From Candidatus Cloacimonadales bacterium (GTDB lineage Bacteria; Cloacimonadota; Cloacimonadia; Cloacimonadales; JAFGVF01), in assembly GCA_963662585.1 (NCBI GenBank), contig OY759729.1:2560001-2624000 (forward strand): 64,000 nt of DNA. Direction: 5' to 3'. The notes under the pieces are model-generated. The model saw only the letters and a program-made list of their open reading frames with translations. It did not search any database and had not been told where the DNA came from. Made by a program: the position numbers and the translations under genes. Every line of letters starts with the position of its first letter. Position 1 is the first letter of the stretch. This document shows, in pieces, positions 40,251 through 50,136 of this stretch.

Positions 40251-42085
40251 TGTGTGGAATAGTTGGTTATTTAGGGAGACACAGCGCTGTCCCTATTGTT
40301 CTTTCAGCACTAAAAAAGTTAGAGTATCGTGGTTATGATAGCTCAGGTATTGCCATTTATAATGGAGATGAACTTAAAGTTTTCAAGGAAGCAGGAAAAA
40401 TTATTGAATTAGAATCATCACTTCCTGAACCTAACTTAACTATGTCAAATATTGCGATTGCTCATACTCGTTGGGCAACACATGGTGAACCTACTAAGTT
40501 GAATGCTCACCCTCATCAAGATAAATTGCATAATATTGCCTTGGTTCATAATGGAATTATCGAGAACTATAAACAGTTAAGAGATATCTTAATAGAACAT
40601 GATGATTTCGTTGAAGGTGAAACTGACACTGAAATATTAGCTCATGTGATTGGCTATTTCTATAACAAACATAAAAGTTTAGAGGCTGCGGTTCGCTCAG
40701 CTCTCCATTTGGTTGAGGGTACTTACGGTATTGCAGTATTTTGTAAGGACAATCCTAAACAAATTATAGCTGCCAGAAAGGGTTCTCCCCTTATTCTTGG
40801 AGTAAGTAAAGATGCTTATTTTTTAACTTCTGATGTAAATGCAATTCTTACTCACACTAATCAAGTTATCTATCTTAACGATAAAGAAGTAGCTGTGATT
40901 AATGAAGATAACTACCTGATCTCAACTATTGATAATGTTCCAGTTGACCCTGAGATAGCTACAATCGAATGGGAAGCCTCTTCAGTTGAAAAGAATGGCT
41001 TCAAACACTTTATGCTTAAAGAAATCTTTGAGCAATCAACCACTGTTCGTCATGCCTTTAGAGGTAGATTATACGACTGTATGGCTACAGCTCGCCTGGG
41101 TGGACTCAACATGCTTCCATCTGATTTAAGAAAAGTTAAAAGATTGCAATTATTAGCTTGTGGAACATCCTATTACTCATGTCTATTAGGAAAATACTTG
41201 ATTGAAAGAATGTCAAGGCTCCATGTAGAAGTTGAATATGCTAGTGAATATCGCTACCGAAATCCAATTATTGAAGATGATACCTTAGTTTTTGTTGTTA
41301 GTCAGTCTGGGGAAACTGCTGATACCTTAGCTGCAATGAAAGAGGCAAGCGCTAAAGGTGCCAAAGTTATGGGAATTACTAACGGCATCGGAAGTACTAT
41401 AGCTCGAGAGTCTGATGGTGGTGTTTACATCTATGCTGGTGCTGAAATAGGCGTTGCTTCAACAAAGGCCTTTACCTCTCAAGTAACGATTTTATTCCTC
41501 TTAGGACTTCTTTTTGGCAGAATGAAAGGAATATCACCGATAGAAGGCATAGAGTACATTAAAGCTCTCAAGAAAATCCCTGAACAAATAGATGAAATTC
41601 TCAAGCTCAATGATAAAATTAGAGATATTGCAGCTAAGATTAAAGATTCTACAAATGCCTTGTATCTTGGTAGAGATTTGCATTTCCCTGTCGCCTTAGA
41701 AGGGGCTCTAAAACTTAAAGAGATTTCTTATATTCACGCTGAAGGATATCCTGCTGCCGAGATGAAACATGGACCAATTGCTCTAATAGATGAAAATATG
41801 CCAGTGATTGCTATTGCTCCTAAGGATGTTTTATACGACAAAATTATATCAAATTTACAAGAAGTGGTTGCTCGTAAGGGAAGACTATTTACAATCATCA
41901 CTGAATCTGATGAGCAGATAGAAAATATGTCTGAAGAAGTGTTAATTGTCCCTAAAACATTATCAGAGCTTCAACCAATATTGACTATAATACCACTTCA
42001 ATTACTGGCCTACCATGTTGCTGACTTAAGAGAACTTGATGTAGATCAACCGCGAAATCTTGCTAAAAGTGTAACTGTTGAATAA
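40250..42085 (+). CDS. glmS: glutamine--fructose-6-phosphate transaminase
   Basis: MCGIVG, EYRGYDS, HTRWATHG, SQSGETADT, PRNLAKSVTVE. Confidence 0.98.
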   Translation: MCGIVGYLGRHSAVPIVLSALKKLEYRGYDSSGIAIYNGDELKVFKEAGKIIELESSLPEPNLTMSNIAIAHTRWATHGEPTKLNAHPHQDKLHNIALVHNGIIENYKQLRDILIEHDDFVEGETDTEILAHVIGYFYNKHKSLEAAVRSALHLVEGTYGIAVFCKDNPKQIIAARKGSPLILGVSKDAYFLTSDVNAILTHTNQVIYLNDKEVAVINEDNYLISTIDNVPVDPEIATIEWEASSVEKNGFKHFMLKEIFEQSTTVRHAFRGRLYDCMATARLGGLNMLPSDLRKVKRLQLLACGTSYYSCLLGKYLIERMSRLHVEVEYASEYRYRNPIIEDDTLVFVVSQSGETADTLAAMKEASAKGAKVMGITNGIGSTIARESDGGVYIYAGAEIGVASTKAFTSQVTILFLLGLLFGRMKGISPIEGIEYIKALKKIPEQIDEILKLNDKIRDIAAKIKDSTNALYLGRDLHFPVALEGALKLKEISYIHAEGYPAAEMKHGPIALIDENMPVIAIAPKDVLYDKIISNLQEVVARKGRLFTIITESDEQIENMSEEVLIVPKTLSELQPILTIIPLQLLAYHVADLRELDVDQPRNLAKSVTVE

Positions 42086-42270
42086 AAATAATAGTACATC
42101 ATGGAATATATAAAACACAATAGAAAATTTCTGTAAAAAAAACTTGCGTTCTTGATGCTTCTTTTTAAAATGTCACTAAGGAAAAATCTATTTGGATATT
42201 CTCAAAAAAAGAGTCAATACTGATAGATTTAGATTTGTTATATTAGATATTATTTACTTGGAGGAAAATA

Positions 42271-42726
42271 ATGGTTAATAGAGCTAAAGAGTTTATTAAT
42301 GTTTTGGATGTTTTACAAGAAAATTTGTCTCTTAGAGATAGCAACTTAAAGAAATGTGATGATTTAACAAAAATTGATTGCTTTTTATTGCAATTCCTTT
42401 ATAATACTAAAGGTAAGGTGATAATGAATGATTTAGCAGATATACTGCAAGTATCTCATAGCAGAGTTACAAGATTAATGGACAATCTATGCAGTTTAAA
42501 TTTAGCTAAAAGAGAACATTCAGAGGAAGATCGAAGGCAATGGTATGCTGTGCTTACTCTCGAAGGAGAATATAGAGCAAAAATGATTTCTGATAAAGTT
42601 ATAGACCATCAGAAAAAAGTACTCAGCTTGATACCAAAAGAGAAGTTAGATGAAATATTAGAATCTCTCGTTATCTTTACTAGAGCCTTTGAGAATATCA
42701 CCCAAAAAATGGAAAAGAAGGTGTAA
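42271..42726 (+). CDS. MarR family regulator
   Basis: LADILQVSHSRVTRLMDNL...EDRR...LT.EG. Confidence 0.9.
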   Translation: MVNRAKEFINVLDVLQENLSLRDSNLKKCDDLTKIDCFLLQFLYNTKGKVIMNDLADILQVSHSRVTRLMDNLCSLNLAKREHSEEDRRQWYAVLTLEGEYRAKMISDKVIDHQKKVLSLIPKEKLDEILESLVIFTRAFENITQKMEKKV

Positions 42727-42729
42727 TTA

Positions 42730-43149
42730 ATGATTGTTAAGACATTATGGAAGGATAATATGCAATTTGATTCCGAAATCAACGGACATCATATTATCCT
42801 CGATGCTAATGCTGAAGTTGGTGGTCAAGATAAAGGTCCAAGACCTAAAGGTTTAATGTTAACAGCTCTTACTGGTTGTACTGGTATGGATGTGGTCTCT
42901 ATCTTGAAAAAGATGAAAGTTAAAGATTATAAATTCTGGGTAGAAGCTGATGCTGATCAAACAGATGAACATCCAAAATATTATAGCAAGATATATTTAA
43001 CCTACAACTTCGAAGGTGAAGATTTACCTGTAGAGAAAATCAAAAAAGCTGTAGATTTATCAGAAGAAAGATATTGCGGTGTCTCTTTTATGCTTAAGAA
43101 AGCTGCTGAATTTGAAACAAAAATAATTGTAAATGGTGAGGAAATATGA
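42730..43149 (+). CDS. OsmC family protein
   Basis: GPRPK...LTGCTGMDV...SEERYCGV. Confidence 0.93.
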   Translation: MIVKTLWKDNMQFDSEINGHHIILDANAEVGGQDKGPRPKGLMLTALTGCTGMDVVSILKKMKVKDYKFWVEADADQTDEHPKYYSKIYLTYNFEGEDLPVEKIKKAVDLSEERYCGVSFMLKKAAEFETKIIVNGEEI

Positions 43150-43625
43150 GAAAATCAATAGTTATTTTGACTGTGCTATTCCTATTGCTTTCTGTTATTG
43201 GCTGTGCACAGGAAAAAGCAAAAGTTGCTGAAGCTTCCAATCAAGTAGAATGGATTGAAGATTATGACTTAGCACTTGAAACTGCTAAAGCTGAAAATAA
43301 AACTATATTAATAAACTTTACTGGTTCAGATTGGTGTAAGTGGTGTATAAAATTAGTTGATGAAGTGTTTTCTCATCAAGAATTTGCTGATTATGCTAAA
43401 GCAAATTTAGTAATGTTAAAAATTGATTTTCCAACTACTTTCAAACAACTTCCTAAAGAAGAACAAACTAAAAGAATGGAACTTCAACAAAAATATGGAG
43501 TGCAAGGTTATCCTACTATCTTGTTAACTAACTCAAATGGCGATGTTCTAGGCCAAACTGGATACCAACCAGGAGGCCCTGTTAAATATATTGAACATCT
43601 CAAAGCGATGATTGAAAGAAAATAA
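43146..43625 (+). CDS. thioredoxin-family lipoprotein
   Basis: Lipobox VIGC; FTGSDWCKWC; GYPT. Confidence 0.9.
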   Translation: MRKSIVILTVLFLLLSVIGCAQEKAKVAEASNQVEWIEDYDLALETAKAENKTILINFTGSDWCKWCIKLVDEVFSHQEFADYAKANLVMLKIDFPTTFKQLPKEEQTKRMELQQKYGVQGYPTILLTNSNGDVLGQTGYQPGGPVKYIEHLKAMIERK

Positions 43626-43641
43626 ATAAATATAATATTCT

Positions 43642-43668
43642 AAAAGTCCTTCAATTGAAGGACTTTTT
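43642..43668 (+). terminator. intrinsic terminator
   Basis: AAAAGTCCTTC-AATT-GAAGGACTTTTT. Confidence 0.85.
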
Positions 43669-43734
43669 CTTTTATCTAATTCATAGTAAAGGCATCTAAT
43701 AAAGGTAATTATTGATTAATGTTAATGAGTTTTT

Positions 43735-43960
43735 TTTGCACTCTTTCAAGAAAAGTGGGTCTTAGAAAAAAGGAATATGGCAAGGGATTTCGGACGAAAG
43801 AAAGTTGTCGGAAGTCGCTACTCCGTGAGCAACTCCCGTCATAAATAGTTGGAGACCGGAGTTCCTCAGCCGTAGGCAAGGGACTTCGGACGAAAGACCT
43901 TGAGCAGCAGTTGGAGACCGGAGTTCCTCAGCCGTAGGCAAGGGACTTCGGGCGAAAGAC
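43735..43960 (+). repeat. short copy of the 59/62 bp hairpin array with shared leader
   Basis: Reverse complement of the 54559-55113 family: leader, half unit, variant hairpin, two full units. Confidence 0.93.
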
Positions 43961-43969
43961 AGATTCACT

Positions 43970-44068
43970 GCTATTCCCTTGTTCGTCCCCTGCTACTTCA
44001 CATTTAATTCAAAGAAAATTCGAAAAATATTGTAGTTGAGTGAGAAAGACCAAGGGAAGAGGATAAAG
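43970..44068 (+). repeat. about 100 bp dispersed element, homologous to 18598-18700
   Basis: TTCCCTTG...CAAGGGAA closing stem; shared core with the minus-strand copy. Confidence 0.7.
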
Positions 44069-44474
44069 TAATAACTTGATTATACTCTTAAGTCCCCTCT
44101 AAATTTCTAGAGAAATGTCAGACACTTGTTAAAACCCTAATTTTTAAGATTAAGTGGAAAAGATAAATAATTATCCTAGTTTGATATTTTAAGTAGAGTT
44201 GCTAGGTCTTTATCCAAACTCTAGCCCTATCATGTATATACTTATAATCCCTTAAATATCTTCTAATTATATATATTGTTTTAGTAGTTAAATGTTGGAT
44301 TCAAAGGAGATTCAATCTTTTATATATCAGTATTTCAGTGTTTTATGTTAAACTATCTGCAACTAAATAAAAGGCAATATAGATCAATAAAGACAAATTT
44401 ATTAACATCTTGGATAAATCATTTGACAATAAATAATCTTCTTACAATCTTGTAAAAAAAACATAGGATAAGGT

Positions 44475-45413
44475 ATGAAAAAGAATAAGCTAGGCCCCTA
44501 TTTATATATTTTACCTGCAATGATCATAATTATTGCTTTTAGGTTTGTCCCGATATTGTTGTCGTTCGTAATAAGTTTTTTTGATTGGAAGCTTACCGGA
44601 GTTGATAAATTTGTTGGTTTTGCCAATTACGCAAAGTTATTTAGTGATCCTGAATTTCTTCAGTCAATGACTAATACTATTTGGTTTGTAGTCATGGTGG
44701 TACCAGCCACGGTGATTCTATCACTCCTGTTTGCAGTATTACTGAATAATGTTAAATGGCTACGGGGATTTTTCCGAACCGCCTATTTTTTACCCTATGT
44801 TACATCAATGGTTGCTGTTTCTATTGTCTGGAAGATTATCTTTCAACAAAGAAGTGGCTTATTAAATTATTTCTTAGAGGGAATTGGCTTAGAACCTCTA
44901 AAATGGTTAAATGAACCAACTGGAATCTTCACTATGATTTTTCATAATTTTGGGATAAATCTCCCTAGTTGGATGGGTGGACCTTCTTTAGCCCTTTTCT
45001 CTATAATGATAGTAACAGTATGGAAGAGTATAGGATATAATACTATTATATATCTTGCTGGTCTCCAAAATATAGCCAAAGAGTATTACGAAGCATCTTC
45101 AATTGATGGTGCTAGTAAGCCAAGACAATTCTTTGGGATTACCTTACCTTTAGTTTCACCAACTACTTATTATGTTTTAATGATGACTACTATTGTTACT
45201 TTCCAATCATTTTCGCAGATTTATTTAATGACAGGTACTCCTGCTGGGGGACCTCAAGGAACCACTTCTCTTATTGTTTATTACATTTTTGAAGCAGGTT
45301 TTATAGATTTAAACTTCAGTTATGCTAATGCAATAGCCCTAGTATTATTTGTTGTGATTCTACTTTTAACGCTGATCCAAAAACGCTTAGAAAAGCATGT
45401 TACATACGAATAG
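44475..45413 (+). CDS. carbohydrate ABC transporter permease
   Basis: FVGFANY, YLAGLQNI..EYYEASSIDGA EAA loop. Confidence 0.93.
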   Translation: MKKNKLGPYLYILPAMIIIIAFRFVPILLSFVISFFDWKLTGVDKFVGFANYAKLFSDPEFLQSMTNTIWFVVMVVPATVILSLLFAVLLNNVKWLRGFFRTAYFLPYVTSMVAVSIVWKIIFQQRSGLLNYFLEGIGLEPLKWLNEPTGIFTMIFHNFGINLPSWMGGPSLALFSIMIVTVWKSIGYNTIIYLAGLQNIAKEYYEASSIDGASKPRQFFGITLPLVSPTTYYVLMMTTIVTFQSFSQIYLMTGTPAGGPQGTTSLIVYYIFEAGFIDLNFSYANAIALVLFVVILLLTLIQKRLEKHVTYE

Positions 45414-45425
45414 GGGAGAAGAGCA

Positions 45426-46523
45426 ATGAAAAATACACCTTTTAATGTTTTGATTTATACTTTACTGATTACTTTAGGTTTTGTGATGGTTGTTCCTTTT
45501 TTATGGATGATTAATACAGCCTTGAAAGATCAAGTAGAAATTAATGATGGGAATATTGGTTTTAACTGGAAAAATAAATTTACCTATATTAAAGAAGATG
45601 GTAAAAAACTTGGAATTAGCAGAGCATTGGAAATTGGGGATTCTGTACTGGTAAGTACTTATTCAATTGATGGAAAATTAATTCAGCACCCCAAAAATCT
45701 GAATAAAGAGATTTCTTACGATTTAGATTATAAATATAGATTGGATGATGGAAGAATAGAAAATAGGACTAAGAGAATTGTCTTATCTGATGAAGCAAAA
45801 TTAGAGTATATCATGGTTCATAAGGATGATATTGTGGAAGGAAGTTATATAAAACCTTTCTTTGGTAATTTTCTTCGAGCTTGGAATAAAGTTCCTTTTG
45901 GACTTTATATAAAGAATACTCTTTTTGTAGCTTTTACGACCTTGATAGGTGTGTTATTTACCTCAGCTTTAGCTGCTTATGCCTTTGCTAGAATGAACTT
46001 CTTTGGTAAAGATTTTCTCTTCTATTTATTAATTAGTATGATGATGGTCCCTCAACCAATTTATCTAATTCCATCTTATATCGTATTAAGCCAGCTAGGT
46101 TTAGTCGATACATATTTTGCTTTAATTGTACCTTGGGTGGCCAACATATTTACTATTTTCCTCTTCAGGCAACAATTTAAAACAATTCCTCAAGAATTAT
46201 TTGATGCTGCTGCAATAGATGGCTGTAGTATGTTTGGAACTTTATGGAGAATAGTATTACCACTCTCTAAACCTGTGATTGCAACTGCCTCAATATTCTC
46301 TATTATTGGTAGCTGGAACAGTTTTATGTGGCCTCTTATAATGACAGATAGTAAGCATTTAAGAGTTCTTCAAGTAGGTCTTAGCTACTTTAGTCAAGAT
46401 TCAGGAACAGAAACAGCTCTATTAATGGCTGCTTCTACTTTTAGTATTTTACCTTTAGTATTCCTGTTCTTCCTTGCCCAAAAACAAATTATTGCTAGTA
46501 CTGCTAAATCAGGTCTAAAATAG
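45426..46523 (+). CDS. carbohydrate ABC transporter permease with extracytoplasmic insertion
   Basis: AAYAFAR, IPQELFDAAAIDG, WNSFMWPL. Confidence 0.92.
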   Translation: MKNTPFNVLIYTLLITLGFVMVVPFLWMINTALKDQVEINDGNIGFNWKNKFTYIKEDGKKLGISRALEIGDSVLVSTYSIDGKLIQHPKNLNKEISYDLDYKYRLDDGRIENRTKRIVLSDEAKLEYIMVHKDDIVEGSYIKPFFGNFLRAWNKVPFGLYIKNTLFVAFTTLIGVLFTSALAAYAFARMNFFGKDFLFYLLISMMMVPQPIYLIPSYIVLSQLGLVDTYFALIVPWVANIFTIFLFRQQFKTIPQELFDAAAIDGCSMFGTLWRIVLPLSKPVIATASIFSIIGSWNSFMWPLIMTDSKHLRVLQVGLSYFSQDSGTETALLMAASTFSILPLVFLFFLAQKQIIASTAKSGLK

Positions 46524-46543
46524 AAATTCGGAGATAACATTTT

Positions 46544-48958
46544 ATGAGTCAAAAGAACCAAGTAAGAAAAGGATTTGAAGTCCCAAAGACTATTAAATCT
46601 AAAGAAGATATCTTAAAACCGATTCAGATCATTAACCCTAAGCATAATGGTATTATTGCCTTTGTTGTCTTTGTTTTTGTGATGATTGTGTATCAAATGA
46701 CAAATTCTCCATCCCTAGCTTTTTGGGATGCAGGAGAATATGCCACAACTGCTAAACTCTTTTCAGTCTTGCATGCCCCAGGAAATCCTACTTATATAAT
46801 CTTAGGTAGATTTCTAAATATCATAGGGTTAGGTATGTCAACACCTCAAGTTACTAGTTTCCTCTCATCTTTATGGGGAGCTTTAGCGGTGATGTTTACC
46901 TATTTATATACTATTAAAATAGTTAGTATGTTTGAAAAAAGAGTCAATATTGCAGTTCCGATTGGTATAATTGCAGCTATCTTTACAGCTTTCTCTTATA
47001 CTTTCTGGACAAATAGTGTTGAGCCTGAAGTTTACTCTGGTTTAGCTTTCTTTATAAACTTTATTATCTATCTCCTCATGGTTTGGTTGCAAAAATCTGA
47101 AGATTTATCCCACCAAAATTATCTTATCTTTATAATTTATCTTTTCTTTTTAGGATTTGGAGTTCATCAAACTGTATTACAAATCGTTCCAGCAGTTTTA
47201 TTAATCGTTGTTTATCCAATAATTAAGCCATTTTTTAAAACTGATGCTTTCTTTACTAAGATAGTTTTCTGGATGATTGGCCTATTTGTTTTCTATTTTA
47301 TAGTTAACTCTTACTCCACAGCCCTTTCTCAGCCTCTTTTTGCCTTAGCAATAACACTTGTTTTAATGTATTATTTAAGAGGAAGAGTAAATTCAACTGC
47401 TTGGACTTTAGCCTTAATCGCTATTATTATTGGCTTCTCTACTCATCTTTATATTCCAATTAGAGCTTCTTTCAGACCATTTATCAATGAAGGTGACCCA
47501 CAGAACTGGGAAAGATTTATGGCCTTTTTTAGAAGAGAACAGTTTGGAGAAACCAATTTTGTTAACAGAAATGCTAACTTCTTCACTGTTCAATTTGGAA
47601 CTCACTTCCTAAGATATTTTAATTGGCAGTATTTTAACACAGAAGCTTTAAGTAAATTTATAGCTTTACCCAAAATACTTCTTGATAACATCTTTATAAC
47701 TTTGACCTACCTTTTAGGCCTTATTGGAATGTTCTTCCACTTTAAAAAGAACAAGAGCTCTTTTATTTACCTATTTTCATTCTTTATTATGGGCTCAATT
47801 GCCATGGTATTTGTAATGAATATTCCGCTAGAGACCCCGCGTCCTCGCGATTACTTCTTCGTTACAGCTTATAATATCTGGGCTTCTTTTATGGCTATAG
47901 GCTTAATTTATGGACTAAAAAGCTTATTCAAAAGTGAAAAGCTTTACCCTGTAGTTTTATTAATAGCCTTTATCTTTCCTACTTTAACTTTATTAACACA
48001 GTATCATTTCGTGGATAGATCAAAGGAATTTTACGCTGCAGAATACGGAATGAACTTTCTTAATTCTTTGGAAGAAAATGCTATAATCTTTACTAATGGA
48101 GACAACGATACTTTCCCATTATGGTATGCCCAAGCTGTTGATGACCCTTATATCCTGGCAAATCAACCTGACTCTGTTGCTGCTGCTGAAAATGTTATTT
48201 ATGATCAAGCTACTGCTGAAAGAATTGCCATGGCAATGGACTTCAAAAATCGGGAATGTTATGGAATAAGAAAGGATGTTAGTGTTGCTAATTACTCTTT
48301 AATGAATACTCCTTGGTATATTAGACAGCTAAGAGATAGAGAAGGAATAAACATCGCTCTGCATGATTCTCAAATTGAAGCTTTGGTTACACCTGAGAGA
48401 TTTAACGGTCCTAAGGATTATAAAATTTCTCTTCCTGGCTACACAAAAACTTTTACTGTACACGAGAAAGATCTAAGTTTAGGTTATTGGAGAGGACAAG
48501 ATAAGGCAGCCATGCAGATTATTAAAGATAATTTTGGTAAAAGACCAATTTACTTTGCTTCAACAGTTGGAAATCAATTCCTTGGCTTAGATGATTACTT
48601 GGAAGATCATGTTATCGTCTATAAATTAGTACCATATAAATTAACCCAAAATAACTCAATTCGATGGGATAAATATATAGACCTCCTAGAAAATGTCTTC
48701 GTTGTTGACTCCATCATGGACAACACTACTTACAAAGATGAAGTTGTTGCTCGTTTAACAGCTCCTTATATTCAACATTTTCAAAGATTAGCTCTTTATT
48801 ATGAAGCAACAGATGAACCTAAAAATGCTATTAGAAACTATGAAAAAGCCCTTAGAATCTATGAATCTATTGAAGATCATACCTTTAAAGGTGTTCATAC
48901 AATTGCTAATAGAATTAGGGTTGATCTAAAACAATTAAAACAAAAAAGTAACTTATAG
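46544..48958 (+). CDS. DUF2723 (TMEM260-like, GT-C fold) membrane protein
   Basis: FWDAGEY, HAPG.P, EPEVY, INEGDP, IIFTNGDNDTFPLWY, L.NTPWY. Confidence 0.85.
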   Translation: MSQKNQVRKGFEVPKTIKSKEDILKPIQIINPKHNGIIAFVVFVFVMIVYQMTNSPSLAFWDAGEYATTAKLFSVLHAPGNPTYIILGRFLNIIGLGMSTPQVTSFLSSLWGALAVMFTYLYTIKIVSMFEKRVNIAVPIGIIAAIFTAFSYTFWTNSVEPEVYSGLAFFINFIIYLLMVWLQKSEDLSHQNYLIFIIYLFFLGFGVHQTVLQIVPAVLLIVVYPIIKPFFKTDAFFTKIVFWMIGLFVFYFIVNSYSTALSQPLFALAITLVLMYYLRGRVNSTAWTLALIAIIIGFSTHLYIPIRASFRPFINEGDPQNWERFMAFFRREQFGETNFVNRNANFFTVQFGTHFLRYFNWQYFNTEALSKFIALPKILLDNIFITLTYLLGLIGMFFHFKKNKSSFIYLFSFFIMGSIAMVFVMNIPLETPRPRDYFFVTAYNIWASFMAIGLIYGLKSLFKSEKLYPVVLLIAFIFPTLTLLTQYHFVDRSKEFYAAEYGMNFLNSLEENAIIFTNGDNDTFPLWYAQAVDDPYILANQPDSVAAAENVIYDQATAERIAMAMDFKNRECYGIRKDVSVANYSLMNTPWYIRQLRDREGINIALHDSQIEALVTPERFNGPKDYKISLPGYTKTFTVHEKDLSLGYWRGQDKAAMQIIKDNFGKRPIYFASTVGNQFLGLDDYLEDHVIVYKLVPYKLTQNNSIRWDKYIDLLENVFVVDSIMDNTTYKDEVVARLTAPYIQHFQRLALYYEATDEPKNAIRNYEKALRIYESIEDHTFKGVHTIANRIRVDLKQLKQKSNL

Positions 48959-48973
48959 TAAAATAATGATTTA

Positions 48974-48989
48974 TGGAATAGAATCTGCA
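48974..48989 (+). promoter_or_regulatory. putative sigma54 -24/-12 promoter
   Basis: TGGAATAGAATCTGCA: GG-N10-GC about 32 bp before the ATG at 49021. Confidence 0.55.
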
Positions 48990-49020
48990 TCACTATATTG
49001 GTGAGTTTAGTGGAGGAATT

Positions 49021-49374
49021 ATGAAAAAGAAATTAATTGTTTTATTCTTATTAGTATGTACTATTGTTTTATTCGCGGGTAATAAAGGTTCTGAAAATGT
49101 TACTGATTTTAATGTAACACCTGAAGCAATAAGTGATCTTGCTGTTATTAGTTTTCATTCTAATAGTGAAGTCCACTTAACTATTGAAGTACTTAATCAA
49201 GAGGGTGTAGTTGTTACTACCATTGCTTCCAATTTCTTTAATGTAGGGGATTATTCTTTAGAATGGGATCGTACAGATTTCTCTGGTAATCTTTTACAAA
49301 ATGGTAGTTATACTATCCAAGTTAAAGAAAATAAACGCTTTGTTACTAAGAGAAAAACTTTAATACTAAAATAA
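49021..49374 (+). CDS. small exported protein made of a single FlgD-like/T9SS-type sorting domain
   Basis: Signal peptide; IEVLNQEG..V.T, WDRTDFSG..LQNGSY, KTLILK. Confidence 0.75.
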   Translation: MKKKLIVLFLLVCTIVLFAGNKGSENVTDFNVTPEAISDLAVISFHSNSEVHLTIEVLNQEGVVVTTIASNFFNVGDYSLEWDRTDFSGNLLQNGSYTIQVKENKRFVTKRKTLILK

Positions 49375-49441
49375 TTTAAAACACAACTCGGTTAAAGTGT
49401 AGGTTCTACCTACACTTTTTTTTTGTCTATTTTGTAGACAC

Positions 49442-50089
49442 TTATCTTACTAACTCCAATAAACCAAAGAAGTGACAGACAGTTCCCCCCATTACGAAGA
49501 TATGCCAGATTGGATGATGGTAAGGTAATTTTCTCCAAGCATAGAAGACTACTCCGATTGTGTAGGAAGCTGCTCCAATAGCCAACCAGAGAAATAGAGA
49601 CATAGGGAGTATTTTCATCATCCAATATAAAAATCCAAGAAAGAGCCAGCCCATTGCTAAATAAATAGAATTAGTTACATGACTTGACTTTCCTTTGGTT
49701 AAACACTGCATGATGATTCCTAAGATTGTTAAAGTCCAGATAATACCAAAAATGGTCCAACCTAGAGCATTTCTCATAGCGAAAGTTATCGGAGTGTATG
49801 TCCCAGCTATAAGAAGATAAATGGCTGATTGGTCAAATATTGAAAAGATAGATTTTGCTTTTTTATGAGTAATACTGTGAAATAGGGTAGATGAGAGATA
49901 AAGAGAGATAGAGCCAAAGCCATAAAGAGCATAGCCTACAACCATTATAGCTTGGTTTACCAAAACAGCCTTAGCAATAAGAATAGCCATTCCTGCTATT
50001 GCTAGAAATAGTCCAATTCCATGCACAATACTAGAAAATATCTCTTCTCCTAAAGATTGATGTCCCGAGATGGGATTTTCATCATACAT
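49442..50089 (-). CDS. hemolysin III / PAQR family membrane protein
   Basis: EEIFSSIVHG, SSTLFH, DQSAIYLLIAGTYTP, HPIWHIFV. Confidence 0.93.
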   Translation of the reverse strand: MYDENPISGHQSLGEEIFSSIVHGIGLFLAIAGMAILIAKAVLVNQAIMVVGYALYGFGSISLYLSSTLFHSITHKKAKSIFSIFDQSAIYLLIAGTYTPITFAMRNALGWTIFGIIWTLTILGIIMQCLTKGKSSHVTNSIYLAMGWLFLGFLYWMMKILPMSLFLWLAIGAASYTIGVVFYAWRKLPYHHPIWHIFVMGGTVCHFFGLLELVR

Positions 50090-50136
50090 AATAATGCCTC
50101 CATATCATTTTTATTAGTGAGTAGTTACTTTTTGTT

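Noticed and set aside
43762..43968. 68-aa ORF, and a 23-codon ORF from the ATG at 43776
   Set aside because: Both lie in the repeat element; the ATG is absent from the second copy.
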